The notes under the pieces were generated by a model. That model saw nothing but the letters and a program-made list of their open reading frames with translations, searched no databases and had not been told where the DNA came from. A stretch of DNA of 64,000 bases from a virus (lineage: Duplodnaviria > Caudoviricetes). Shown piece by piece: positions 37,229 through 47,031 of the stretch. Position 1 is the first letter of the stretch, and each line of letters starts with the position of its first letter. The position numbers were made by a program, and so were the translations under genes. The stretch lies in the IMG/VR virus record IMGVR_UViG_2636415849_000003, positions 16,149-80,148 of that record, one strand, 5' to 3'.

Positions 37229-40126
37229 TTATCCATTCCTCGCTTGAGCAACACTGATCTGGCGCGCTGCTTCACGACCGAGCTGCATAGCCGTATCTCG
37301 GCGTGCACCGGCAGGAAAGTGCGCGGACACATAGTAATTATTGGTGGCTGCTCCGGCTGGTGCGGATGATGCACTTCCGCCACCACCCACATAGCCGCCG
37401 CCGGCATAGCCATTGAGTCGCCCCAGAAAGTCCAGGCCCAGGGCCCGCGTGCTGGCCGCGTTGATCACATATTCACCACGGTGCACAACCCCAGCAGGCT
37501 CGTACTTACCTCCAGCGCCTGTGTATCCGCCATCGGCATAGCCGAATGCGGCCTTGAGGCCTGCACTGCTGTAGTCGCCAAAGCCTGCATTACCGACAGT
37601 TTGAGTGCCGCCGGTCAGCATGCCGATACCGGTGCCGATCAATCCCATCAGGCCACCGCCTGAGCTGCCGCCACTGCCGGCAACGCCCAGCGCATTGCTG
37701 ATCTGCTGCTTGATGATGATTCGGGTGATATCGGCCACGATGCTGTTGGCCAAGTCGGAGAAAGACAGCTTGCCCGTGGTGACAAAGGTCACCAAGGCAT
37801 CCTCCATGCCCTGCAGTGCATTGCTGACTGCGTTGCCCGTCAGATCCGCAACATTGGCAGCTGCATCTGCGTAATCCTTTAAGGCTCTCTCTGCACCCAA
37901 GGCCCAGTTGCCCTGGGCCTCAGTCATCGCAGCAAACGTCCCTCGGTATTTGGCTAAGGCCTTGCCTTGGAATTCATCGATCAGACCAAGTTGGTCCTGA
38001 AAATACTGAACCTGCTTGGGCGTGAGCTGACCACCCGCAGCAGCCGCAAGCTCGTTGCGCTGACGCGCCAGGTCGTAGCGGCGCGCATCATAGGCATCGC
38101 GGATCTGGTCCATGCCCGCCGTGTAGGTGCGCTCGCGGCTTCCCATGCCCACCGCCGCAACGTCTCTATCCATGGCGCGGCCCATGGTCTCAAGGTACTG
38201 CTCTGCCTCTTGGCGCGCCAGCTCCAGCGCCTTTTGCTGCTGCGCGAATGGCTGCTGCGACAGCAGAACGGCCTGCGCGCGCACCAGCCGCTCCATGCTT
38301 TCGGCAGAGCCGTCAAAGGCTTCCGACAGCAGGCCCCATTTCTTGGAGAAGTCGGGCAGCAGGTCATCCATGTGCCCCAGCAACTCATCACCCAGCTCTT
38401 TACCCTTGCGGGCACGGATCTTCTTTTCAACCTCTTCCAGCGCACCGAGCTCGCCCCTCACCGATGCCAGGCTTGAGGCCGACAGCTTGAGCTTGCCCTG
38501 CAGCATGTCCTGATCCAGCTTGATGCGGATCTTCTGGCTGTCGGTCAGCTTCTGGTCGCTTTCCAGCTCACGGGCAAGCTCCTCGGCCTTGGTGCGAATG
38601 CTGGTGACCAGATTGTCATAGGCGGTCTTTTCGGCCCGAATGGCTTGCGCACCGGCTTTGCTGCCCTTCTCGGCCTTGAAATTGGCATCGGCCAGCTTGC
38701 CCACCAGGTTCTGATATTCAGCAAGCGACAGGTTGCCCGACTGATACTGGGCAAACAGCTTGTTCAATGTGGGCAGGTAATCCTTATCCACCCCATAGAG
38801 CTTTTGCCGGATCTCGGTGAGTTCCTTTTCCTCTTTACCGCGCCGCGCCTGTGCAGCTTCCAAGGTTTCAGGATTGATTGTCCCCCGGCCACCACCAGTC
38901 CCAAGTGGCCCCGCATTCAAGGATGACTGCTCTATTAACAGCTTCTCGCGCGCCTTCTTGCGCTCCTGAATACCAAGCTCAATATTGGCAACACGATCCA
39001 TTTGCCCATTTGCAGCGGCAAAGACCTTGTCGCTTTCAAGTCGGGTTATTTCGTCGCCCAAACCCTTCAACGAGCGCTCCAGTCCAGCAGATGTCTTGGA
39101 ATAGGCGTTTGCAACTGCTACGCCTGCACCAACAGCCGCACCAATACCCAGCAACGCAAGCACGGCTGGATTGGCTGCCAGCACCACACCCAAAGCAGAG
39201 ATCGCCCCCGTCACCAAGCCCAAACCTCTGACCAACAACGCTGCACCGCCCACCACTGCGGCACCGGCCAGCGTGTTGCCAAGCACCGAGAATGCCGTCT
39301 CGTTACTGCGAATCACATCACCCAAGGTCTGCACCCCAGATGCCAAGCCACTGATTGCAGACGCCAGAGTACTTGTAGCCCCGGTCGCCTTGTCCAGATT
39401 GCCGACCGTTACGACAGTCGCATTGGACAGCTGGGTCCAGGCCTGGCCAACGGTCAGAACGGAGTTCTTGACCTCGCCAGCCAAGACCGCGGCTTGTGAC
39501 TCCAAGGCCTTGATCACCTTGTCGGCAGTGATTGCACCTTGCTCACCCATCTTGCGCAACTCGCCACGACTGACGCCCAGACCATCTGCCAGGGCTTGCG
39601 CGAGGCGAGGGGTCTGCTCCAGTACAGAGTTCAGCTCCTCGCCGCGAAGCGTTCCGCTGGCCAGGCCTTGACCCAGCTGAGTCAGCGCAGCCTGGGCAGC
39701 TTGAGAGCTGGCACCACTGATGGTGACCGCATTACCGATGGCCTCGGTAATCTTGAGCAGCGTGCTTTGACCGACACCCAGATCCTTGGCCGCACTGCTG
39801 ATACTGGCAAAGGTGCCGCCCAGCTCGGTGAAGCTAACGCGCGAGCGCTGGGCGATATGGAATAGCTCGTCATAGGCATGCGAGGCAGCTTGTGCGCTGC
39901 CCGTGGCGAGCTTGAGTTGGTTGTGCAGGCTGGTGACGGCATCTGCCACACGAACGAACTCCGTGAAGCTGACCACACCCGCAAAGGCCGCCACCATGGA
40001 CCCGACTGCGCGCCCCGCCAAGCCCGCCGCATCACCGATGGTGCCCATGTCATTGCTGACACGGCGCAGGCCCGCGCTGACCTCGCGGTCACCGTTCAGG
40101 CTCAATTGCAGGCCGATTGGCGTCAT
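37229..40126 (-). CDS. Tape measure protein
   Basis: QLGQGLASGTLRGEELNSVLEQ; FSDLANSIVAD; GGYTG.GGKYEPAGVVHRGEYV. Confidence 0.93.
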   Translation of the reverse strand: MTPIGLQLSLNGDREVSAGLRRVSNDMGTIGDAAGLAGRAVGSMVAAFAGVVSFTEFVRVADAVTSLHNQLKLATGSAQAASHAYDELFHIAQRSRVSFTELGGTFASISSAAKDLGVGQSTLLKITEAIGNAVTISGASSQAAQAALTQLGQGLASGTLRGEELNSVLEQTPRLAQALADGLGVSRGELRKMGEQGAITADKVIKALESQAAVLAGEVKNSVLTVGQAWTQLSNATVVTVGNLDKATGATSTLASAISGLASGVQTLGDVIRSNETAFSVLGNTLAGAAVVGGAALLVRGLGLVTGAISALGVVLAANPAVLALLGIGAAVGAGVAVANAYSKTSAGLERSLKGLGDEITRLESDKVFAAANGQMDRVANIELGIQERKKAREKLLIEQSSLNAGPLGTGGGRGTINPETLEAAQARRGKEEKELTEIRQKLYGVDKDYLPTLNKLFAQYQSGNLSLAEYQNLVGKLADANFKAEKGSKAGAQAIRAEKTAYDNLVTSIRTKAEELARELESDQKLTDSQKIRIKLDQDMLQGKLKLSASSLASVRGELGALEEVEKKIRARKGKELGDELLGHMDDLLPDFSKKWGLLSEAFDGSAESMERLVRAQAVLLSQQPFAQQQKALELARQEAEQYLETMGRAMDRDVAAVGMGSRERTYTAGMDQIRDAYDARRYDLARQRNELAAAAGGQLTPKQVQYFQDQLGLIDEFQGKALAKYRGTFAAMTEAQGNWALGAERALKDYADAAANVADLTGNAVSNALQGMEDALVTFVTTGKLSFSDLANSIVADITRIIIKQQISNALGVAGSGGSSGGGLMGLIGTGIGMLTGGTQTVGNAGFGDYSSAGLKAAFGYADGGYTGAGGKYEPAGVVHRGEYVINAASTRALGLDFLGRLNGYAGGGYVGGGGSASSAPAGAATNNYYVSAHFPAGARRDTAMQLGREAARQISVAQARNG

Positions 40127-40141
40127 GCAGTGGTCACTCCC

Positions 40142-40528
40142 TTATTTGTTTTCAACCAACTGGCGTTTGTCACGAATGGCTGCCCAGGCGTTGAGGGCTT
40201 CCAGCTCGCAGGCAACCAGGCAAGCCCATAGCTGCCTGCGTTCTTCGCTAGGCGGCATGCCCACCTCATCCAGGTAGGCGCGCACGCCGGCGTAATCGAG
40301 GCCGGTTGCCCCACCCATGCCACCCACCCGCCACTGCGTTTGCAGGGCTTGCCAATGCAACCAAACGGGCTCGTACTCCGGCCAGACGTAGATGCACTCA
40401 TCAACATCGACAGCACGCAGCTTTGCCAGCATGCGGGCCATGGGGCCATTTGCTGGGACTTGATTCGTGCTTGCATTGGCATGTGCGTACTCAATAGTCC
40501 GGCGTACGGCCCGCGTTAGTTTTTTTCC
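40142..40528 (-). CDS. Tail assembly chaperone T part (DUF1799-like), read by -1 frameshift
   Basis: TQWRVGGMGGATGLDYAGV; open -1 frame across the slippery site. Confidence 0.8.
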   Translation of the reverse strand, partial: GKKLTRAVRRTIEYAHANASTNQVPANGPMARMLAKLRAVDVDECIYVWPEYEPVWLHWQALQTQWRVGGMGGATGLDYAGVRAYLDEVGMPPSEERRQLWACLVACELEALNAWAAIRDKRQLVENK

Positions 40529-40848
40529 TTGGCACCGACCTCGGCCAGGTAGGCGCGCGTAGCGAGCAAGGCCATGCCAGGGATGGAGCACATGGTCCTC
40601 AGCCCCTCCAGCGAGAAAGCGACGGGCTGGCCGTCCTCACCCTTGACGTCTGACCATCCCTGCACGACCTCCTCCAGAAAGTCGATTGCAGGGCGGTCCT
40701 GCTCACGCATGACATCACCCACCTCTGCCTGAGTCAGGCGCTTGCAGGTGAGACCAAAGTCAAACGCCTGGGGCTTGCCAGCGGGATCGTTGATGGAGCC
40801 CTTGATGCGGATGCCCACCGTGTTGCTAAAAACGAGTTTGAGTGCCAT
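40516..40848 (-). CDS. Tail assembly chaperone G
   Basis: Ends ..AKEKN* on GGAAAAAAAC slippery sequence. Confidence 0.85.
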   Translation of the reverse strand: MALKLVFSNTVGIRIKGSINDPAGKPQAFDFGLTCKRLTQAEVGDVMREQDRPAIDFLEEVVQGWSDVKGEDGQPVAFSLEGLRTMCSIPGMALLATRAYLAEVGAKEKN

Positions 40849-40954
40849 GTGAAATGCCCGAACGGGCCCGATGAAGGCGTGCGCAGCGGTCCCGCTCGGG
40901 CGACACGGGACAGGCTGGCAACCATCGCCAGCCCCGCTGCGCACAAAAGGATGC

Positions 40955-41617
40955 TCAGATGGCTGGCGGCAGCGTGGTCGTTTCGCCCTGACACTGCAGA
41001 GTGACAGGGGTCTGCACGGCACCCTGCGCCTGGCCTGTAGGCGCACCAGAGGCAGAGGGAATGGCAACAAACATGACCTGCGCACCATTGGAGAAGGTGA
41101 ACACCACAGCACGCTTTGCCTTGGCCTTGGCCGCCTTACGGCACTCCACATAACCAGGGTCATCCGGGTCCAGCAGATTGGTAAAGGAAAAGGTCACCGG
41201 GTTATTGGCCACGGGCGCATTCCTGAGCTGGGACACATGGATGGTGGAAGTGCTGGCCGTGACCGGGTCGCCGCCAGAGGCTGCCACCTCTTGCACAGAG
41301 CGGAACTCAGCATCCAGCGTGACCACATGGGCTTGACCGGATTTGAAGGTGCGGTAAGCCGTGGTGTCCTCGCCTTCGAGCTTGAAGGTCTTGGCGGCAG
41401 TGTCCACATCGGCAATGCGAAAGGCGCGGTCATTGACGGCAGACATGCCAGTAACGTTGCGCAGCACGATGATGTCGCCATCCTCGGGCTCAGGCACTGG
41501 CACACCGCTATAAGTCACAACGCCTTCAGCGGCTTTGCTGATGGCCGCGATGGTGATGGCCGCAGATGCAGCGGTTTCCACAGCCACGCCCACATCGGTC
41601 CAGAAAATTGGCTCCAT
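40955..41617 (-). CDS. Tail tube (major tail) protein
   Basis: GAGGAG RBS; ITIAAISKA..FKLEGEDTT; synteny. Confidence 0.8.
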   Translation of the reverse strand: MEPIFWTDVGVAVETAASAAITIAAISKAAEGVVTYSGVPVPEPEDGDIIVLRNVTGMSAVNDRAFRIADVDTAAKTFKLEGEDTTAYRTFKSGQAHVVTLDAEFRSVQEVAASGGDPVTASTSTIHVSQLRNAPVANNPVTFSFTNLLDPDDPGYVECRKAAKAKAKRAVVFTFSNGAQVMFVAIPSASGAPTGQAQGAVQTPVTLQCQGETTTLPPAI

Positions 41618-41632
41618 GGTGATACTCCTCTA

Positions 41633-42067
41633 TCAGGTCAGATCTGCGGAATTCGCGGAATGCCGCACGTAAAAAGTCGCAGTGGCGCAGGCTGTGGATT
41701 CACCATCCACATCAAAGTCCCACTCGATGCCCTGCAGGGCGATGCCAGAGGCCAGGCCTCCAAGCGTCTTGTCCAGCTGCAGGCGCTGCTGCACGGCCTG
41801 CAGCACGCCGTCTGCCACCTCATCGGCGCCCTGAGCAGCCGAGGCACGGCCATAGCAGTCGACCAGGATCGAGGTCACCCAGGTGCCAACCGGCATGCGC
41901 CCGGCCACCTGATCGACCTGGGCCTGCCCCTGGCGGACCACTGCGGCCGTGCGCACGTTGGATGCCAGCACACGGGAGCGATTGCGCTCGATGTGGCCGG
42001 CCACCGGTGTGGCTTGCTGCAAGACAGCCTCTACAGCCTTGCTCATACGCAGAAAGCGGGTACTCAC
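41633..42067 (-). CDS. Tail terminator-like protein
   Basis: Synteny; D.TLGGLA motif. Confidence 0.65.
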   Translation of the reverse strand: MSTRFLRMSKAVEAVLQQATPVAGHIERNRSRVLASNVRTAAVVRQGQAQVDQVAGRMPVGTWVTSILVDCYGRASAAQGADEVADGVLQAVQQRLQLDKTLGGLASGIALQGIEWDFDVDGESTACATATFYVRHSANSADLT

Positions 42068-42372
42068 AGCACAACCTCCAGCATCAGGCGCATGTCGGTG
42101 CCATCGGGGTCAGACTCGGCAATGCTGTAGGCCTTGCCGTTGATGGAAATGGGCAGGCCCACGGGGTTGGCGGGCAACTTGTCCGCCGGCACCAGAACGG
42201 TGGGCTGAGTCGTTGCCATGCCAATGGGCCCCACGCCGCCCGCCGCCGCGTCGTCATCAAAGATGCCGCCGAAGTCCTCGCCACCGTCAATCGACACGAT
42301 GGCGTTAGGCAGAGTGCGAAAGACAGCCTTGCTGACTTGCGACTCCAGGCGGGCGAAGGGGGCTAGTGACAT
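42064..42372 (-). CDS. Head-tail joining protein
   Basis: GIFD..PDGT..L.L; synteny. Confidence 0.7.
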   Translation of the reverse strand: MSLAPFARLESQVSKAVFRTLPNAIVSIDGGEDFGGIFDDDAAAGGVGPIGMATTQPTVLVPADKLPANPVGLPISINGKAYSIAESDPDGTDMRLMLEVVL

Positions 42373-42385
42373 GCCGAGATCCCTA

Positions 42386-42730
42386 TCAAGCGGCTGGTGC
42401 CGCGTAAGTGCCCAGCTTCATTGCCACCGTGGCAGCGCCATTCGCAGCAGCGGCAATTGCCACCCCCACGCACAGCTGCGCTGCGGCAGTCTTGTTGACG
42501 CACTTGTTGGCGGCATCCCAGAACAGGCGGTCACCCACGGAGACGGCCAGGGCGCTGGTCTTGGCGATATCCACCACGCCATCGGTCTTGAACTCGCCTT
42601 CTTCATTGGCAGCCACATCGCCTGTCGCCACACCGAAAAGTGCGGCACCAGCGAGATAGCCGACACCACTGGCGACCGCGACAGCCGGGATAAGGGTCAC
42701 AATCGAACCCGCTTGAACATAGTTCTTCAT
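42386..42730 (-). CDS. DUF2190-family capsid cement protein
   Basis: MKNYVQAG..GVA..GDRLFWD; AAGGAG RBS. Confidence 0.85.
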   Translation of the reverse strand: MKNYVQAGSIVTLIPAVAVASGVGYLAGAALFGVATGDVAANEEGEFKTDGVVDIAKTSALAVSVGDRLFWDAANKCVNKTAAAQLCVGVAIAAAANGAATVAMKLGTYAAPAA

Positions 42731-42791
42731 AAGAAACTCCTTTGAGCCTTGTTGAGAGATGAGCTGCAGCAGCTGCTGCAGCGTTGCTTCA

Positions 42792-44912
42792 TCAGGCAGC
42801 GCCAGTGGCCTTACGCAGGCCACGGAAGTCGGTTGCCTTGGCGGCGAAGTCCAGGCGAGCCTTCATGCTCACGCCGTCGACCTCAAAGCCCATCTCGGAC
42901 TCGATGACCGGACCCTCGGCACCGTCCAGGTAGCAGTACTCGACCGTATCCACCTGAGCCGAGTTGGCAGCCAGGTACCAGGCGGAGGCGCTGTTGGCAT
43001 CGAGCAGAGGCTCGACCACAGGCTCCAGAGCCGTGCGACCGCCGGAGCGGAACTCATTGACCTGGCCAGGCTCGACAGGCACGTACTGCGCGCTGGTGTA
43101 TTGGTAGGCAACCTGCTCCAGAGCGGCGGGCACAATGAGATAGCGAGGCGAGAGGTTGAGCAGCTCGCCCTGCATTCCCTTTTGCAGACGCATGTCCTTA
43201 CGGCCAGCGCCCAGCTTGTCGATGCTGTCCAGCACGCTGCCGGCGCCTGCCAGGTTGCCGTGGGTTGCATGGAACAGCGCCACACCGTCGGCCATGTCGG
43301 CGTTGTCGGTCAGCTGCGAATAGACCAGACGGTTTTCCAGTCGGGCAGCGCTATCGCCAAAGGCGCCGACGAGTCGATCAAAGCCGCGCAGATCGTCATT
43401 GACGATGGCCTGACGAGTCAGAGCCACGATGCGGCCATAGGTGACGACCTTGTAGCTCTCGGCGCCATCCTTCAGGGTGCCGTACTTGAACTCGCCATGC
43501 TCATTGGTGCGCAGCAGCTCGGGCGCGCCAGACAGCTGCACCACCGAGATTTCCTTGAAGTCAGGCGCATTGGGCGCACGGCGAGCCCAGACACGGTAGG
43601 TACTAGCAGCCTGCTCATACGCAGAACGCAGACGGCGGCCTGCCACGTTGGAGAGCAGAGCCGAGAAATCGGAAGTACCCATGTGGCCGGCAGTGCGCAC
43701 CTGCAGCATGCGGCTGGCGATCTCCAGCCGAGACATGCCACGGGTATTACCGCCGTTGCGCTCGATCATCTCGCGGCCAATCTCGATCAAGCTCATGCCG
43801 CGGTATTGGCGACCGTTATCGGTCAATGCAGACGATGCATCGACGCGGTGGAGCAGAGCCTCCTGCAGGCCAGCCATGCGGGTTTCTTGCTCGTCAGACA
43901 CGGTCTCGATGCGAACATTGCGGTGGCCACCGGCTGCAGAGTCACGGCGCGCCAGCTCTTCCAGCACCGCTGTGCGAGCCTGCTCGACCGTGTTGCCCCC
44001 GCGAATCAGGCCTGCAGCCAGGGCAGAAACGCCATGGCGCTGGCACAGATCGGTGATATCGCCAGAGCGCTGCTGCTCGGCTTGGCGGGCAGCTACTGCC
44101 GCCTCATCGGCAGCATTGGCATTGCGCTGCTGTGTCTGCTCGTTTGCAGGTGCTGCCGATACGGCTGCGCCAGAGTCCTGAGTCGTACCAGGCATGGTAG
44201 TTTCCTTTCGGTTGGGGGAATCTGTAGAGCTGCCAGACACAGAACGTGTGGAGGCAGAGGGTTGAACTTCTATGAATTCGCAGGGGAAGGTGCGGACTTC
44301 GCGCTCTGCATCAGCATCCTGTGGAGCGCCACCAGCAGCGCGAATCTGGCTGTCCATGTCGGCAGGTATGGGAACCAGGGATACTTCGTAAGGCTCCCAG
44401 TCAACGACGCGGTATTCCCAGACGCCACCCTCCTGCTCGGGGGCGACCATTTCGACGCGGTGGCGGACATAGCCCACGGACACGTTGCGCACAATGCGGT
44501 CGGCCACGTCTTGCACATAGCCGGCCACGGACTCGCGGCGACTAAAGGCCACATCGCAAATGCCTTCACCACCGGTGATTGCCGGGTTTTCAACCACCCC
44601 GATTTGGTCTTCCAAATCCCAAGAACGATGGGTGTTGAGCAGCGGCGCACCACGCTGCAGACGATCCAGTCGGATGGAGCCCTCTTCTACGACCAAGCGC
44701 TCCATATAGGGACGGTCGCGGTACCAGTCATAACGGCGAACCGCCGCACCGGCGGTAAAGACCATCGAGGCGCGAGCCAAGGGCGAATTGCCATCACCCT
44801 CGGTTGATGCTGCACGCTGGAAATTGCGCAGCTCCATGGAGCGACCCGCCAGCGGCAGCTCGTCGCGGCGGGTGGATTGGGTGTTGGCGTTGATGTTTGG
44901 CATACCCGGCAC
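42792..44912 (-). CDS. Prohead protease/major capsid fusion protein
   Basis: PLLNTH, VSVGY, WEPYEVSLVPIPAD (protease); TSDFSALL, TRQAIVNDDL (capsid). Confidence 0.9.
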   Translation of the reverse strand: MPGMPNINANTQSTRRDELPLAGRSMELRNFQRAASTEGDGNSPLARASMVFTAGAAVRRYDWYRDRPYMERLVVEEGSIRLDRLQRGAPLLNTHRSWDLEDQIGVVENPAITGGEGICDVAFSRRESVAGYVQDVADRIVRNVSVGYVRHRVEMVAPEQEGGVWEYRVVDWEPYEVSLVPIPADMDSQIRAAGGAPQDADAEREVRTFPCEFIEVQPSASTRSVSGSSTDSPNRKETTMPGTTQDSGAAVSAAPANEQTQQRNANAADEAAVAARQAEQQRSGDITDLCQRHGVSALAAGLIRGGNTVEQARTAVLEELARRDSAAGGHRNVRIETVSDEQETRMAGLQEALLHRVDASSALTDNGRQYRGMSLIEIGREMIERNGGNTRGMSRLEIASRMLQVRTAGHMGTSDFSALLSNVAGRRLRSAYEQAASTYRVWARRAPNAPDFKEISVVQLSGAPELLRTNEHGEFKYGTLKDGAESYKVVTYGRIVALTRQAIVNDDLRGFDRLVGAFGDSAARLENRLVYSQLTDNADMADGVALFHATHGNLAGAGSVLDSIDKLGAGRKDMRLQKGMQGELLNLSPRYLIVPAALEQVAYQYTSAQYVPVEPGQVNEFRSGGRTALEPVVEPLLDANSASAWYLAANSAQVDTVEYCYLDGAEGPVIESEMGFEVDGVSMKARLDFAAKATDFRGLRKATGAA

Positions 44913-44927
44913 TTTGCGCGCCGGGGT

Positions 44928-44952
44928 GTCTCAAAGCGACCCAGTTTGAGAC
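44928..44952 (-). promoter_or_regulatory. Candidate late-activator site upstream of capsid
   Basis: GTCTCAaaGCGACCCagtttGAGAC; matches 46675-46699. Confidence 0.6.
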
Positions 44953-44961
44953 AAACTGCAA

Positions 44962-46416
44962 TTAAGGCTGAGCGCTGTTTGTGTCGGTTGCCCCTTTAAC
45001 CTTCATCATCATCAGCAAGATGTCCAGGACGCCAGCCTTCTTCAGTCGCTCCACATCCTCCTTCATCTCCTGCACCACTTCCTCAGGGTCGTAGCCCCGC
45101 TGACGCAGCTTTTCGCTGAAGGTCGAAAGCCCGCCGGCGATCTCTTTCAGGTCGGATTCGACATCGTCACGCGGGTTGGTGTACTCCCATTTGGGTGTGG
45201 CATAGCGCACGTTGTAATCGGCCTTTTTCACCAGGCCGCCCAGCTCTGCCGCATCAACGAACGCCCTGACCATGGGAGCAATCAGACAGGGGATGACATG
45301 CAGCCACTGCTCCCGCTCTGCCTCGCGCTTGTAGTCAAGACGGCGAATGCGGGCACTGCTGAAATTCACCTGACTCACATCGCCGGTCATCATTTCGTAA
45401 GTCCAGCCTGCGCCGGCGGCGATGAGGTGGAGCGCCTGGCGGACATACTCTACGTAGCCGGGGACCGCTTTAGGCTCCACAACCGTCAGCGTCGTGCCCG
45501 TAGGAACTTCCATCAGCCCGCCGCTGGGGAGATCACCCAGCGTGCGTCCACCCTCCGATACCTTGGTGCCTTGACCGTCTGCCAAGGCATTGACATCACC
45601 AGAGGCCAGAACGCTGAGTCTGGACTCTAGGTTCTTACGGTTGATCTCAGCATCCTCATACAGCGAGAGGTCCCGCACACGGGTAATTACCGGAGCAATG
45701 CGCGGAAACCCACGCCCCTGGCCAGGCCGCTCTTTCGTGAAGTAGTGAATGACAGTGGTGGCAGGCACGAATCTGCTGCCGCCATTGCGCGAGCGAGGCA
45801 GCACCATGTCACCGGGGTGCTGCTCAAATAGGTAATAGCCCATCACACGCCCGAGAGCGTCGTAGGCCTTGCCCTGCACCACGTCATAGCCGTCTATACG
45901 ACCATTGCGGCTATCGTCCAGCCAATCAATTTCGAGCACCTGAAACTGCACAGGGACCGCGATGCCGTCTTCTTTACGGCGCGGACGAATACGAATAAGC
46001 ACCTCACCATCACGCGCAGCAGTCAGGTGGGCCAGATCCTGCAGTCCATAAATGTCGAGCTGGCCATCTGCATCAGCCTGGGTCCCCCACTCCATCCAGA
46101 GCTTGGCGAAGGCCTTTGCCTCGGAGCCCAGCCATTTCGGGATGATGCCGGTGCCAATGATGTTGGCCGTATGGCTAGACAAGCCGCGTGCAATATAGGG
46201 CACGTTCTGCGCAAGCGCGCGTGACCTGGTCCGCAACGTGCGCGCATCAGCTGCATGATCCGCGTTCGCGCTGGCACCAGAGCGGCGAGGGCGCCAGCCA
46301 TCGGTCTGATTTGCACCTTCATAGGCGCGTTGCAGCAGTTGGCGTGCACTGTGGCGACGCAACCCAGAGGAGGGGCTGATGTAGCCCACGATCTTGTCGA
46401 TGATGTTGGCCATCAA
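44962..46416 (-). CDS. Portal protein, lambda family
   Basis: LRTRSRALAQN, RPGQGRGFP, TGDVSQVNFSSAR. Confidence 0.93.
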   Translation of the reverse strand: MMANIIDKIVGYISPSSGLRRHSARQLLQRAYEGANQTDGWRPRRSGASANADHAADARTLRTRSRALAQNVPYIARGLSSHTANIIGTGIIPKWLGSEAKAFAKLWMEWGTQADADGQLDIYGLQDLAHLTAARDGEVLIRIRPRRKEDGIAVPVQFQVLEIDWLDDSRNGRIDGYDVVQGKAYDALGRVMGYYLFEQHPGDMVLPRSRNGGSRFVPATTVIHYFTKERPGQGRGFPRIAPVITRVRDLSLYEDAEINRKNLESRLSVLASGDVNALADGQGTKVSEGGRTLGDLPSGGLMEVPTGTTLTVVEPKAVPGYVEYVRQALHLIAAGAGWTYEMMTGDVSQVNFSSARIRRLDYKREAEREQWLHVIPCLIAPMVRAFVDAAELGGLVKKADYNVRYATPKWEYTNPRDDVESDLKEIAGGLSTFSEKLRQRGYDPEEVVQEMKEDVERLKKAGVLDILLMMMKVKGATDTNSAQP

Positions 46417-46625
46417 TCACCCCGCAGCGTAGTGAAGCGGAAGCGACGAACCCCGCCACGCGGCGCCCCTTCGGGCTGAGAGAGTGCAGCCTGGATGCGC
46501 GCCTCTGCTTGAAACAGCTCCGACATATCGCGGAACTCAACGCGGCGACCGTTGACCATGACGGACTTCTCACCCGTGGCAATGGCTCGCCGTACATTCT
46601 CAAGATCGTCTTGCGTGTAGGCCAT
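46413..46625 (-). CDS. gpW-like head-tail joining protein
   Basis: AIATGEKSV..GRRVEFR. Confidence 0.85.
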   Translation of the reverse strand: MAYTQDDLENVRRAIATGEKSVMVNGRRVEFRDMSELFQAEARIQAALSQPEGAPRGGVRRFRFTTLRGD

Positions 46626-46674
46626 GGGCCTCTCCTAGATGGTTCTGTAACCCACGCAAGCTAATGCGCGGGCA

Positions 46675-46699
46675 GTCTCATTGCGACCCGGAGCGAGAC
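46675..46699 (-). promoter_or_regulatory. Candidate late-activator site upstream of gpW/portal
   Basis: GTCTCAttGCGACCCggagcGAGAC; TAGCTT -10-like hexamer downstream on the minus strand. Confidence 0.6.
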
Positions 46700-47031
46700 T
46701 GTTTCACCTGCCCCGCCTGCTTCAGGATGCGATAGACCGATGCACGGCTGATATCCAGTCTTCGGGCCACCTCAGTGGCATTGCGACCATTGAACAGCGA
46801 AAGAACCTGCAGCGCCTGATCCCGGCGCGCTGATGCGGTCCGGGGTGAGATACGCTGCCGATCCCCTTTGAACTCGGTGCGAACCGCATTCTTGAGCGCG
46901 GCCAGCTTTGCCGACTGCACGCCATCCGCAAAGCCTGGTATCTCAAGCAGCAGGTAGTCAAAGATCCGGTCCACCAGGTCGAAATCGTCATCATTGGCTT
47001 GACTCATTGTTTTCAGCTTCTCGCGGTTCAA
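46678..47031 (-). CDS. Mor/C-like HTH transcription activator
   Basis: VRTEFKG..FNGRNATEVARRLDISRASVYRIL. Confidence 0.7.
   Translation of the reverse strand: MNREKLKTMSQANDDDFDLVDRIFDYLLLEIPGFADGVQSAKLAALKNAVRTEFKGDRQRISPRTASARRDQALQVLSLFNGRNATEVARRLDISRASVYRILKQAGQVKQSRSGSQ

Noticed and set aside
42759-44807. Long plus-strand ORFs (also 2183-3466, 47673-49487, 40871-42130)
   Set aside because: Antisense shadows of well-supported genes in GC-rich DNA, with no motifs.
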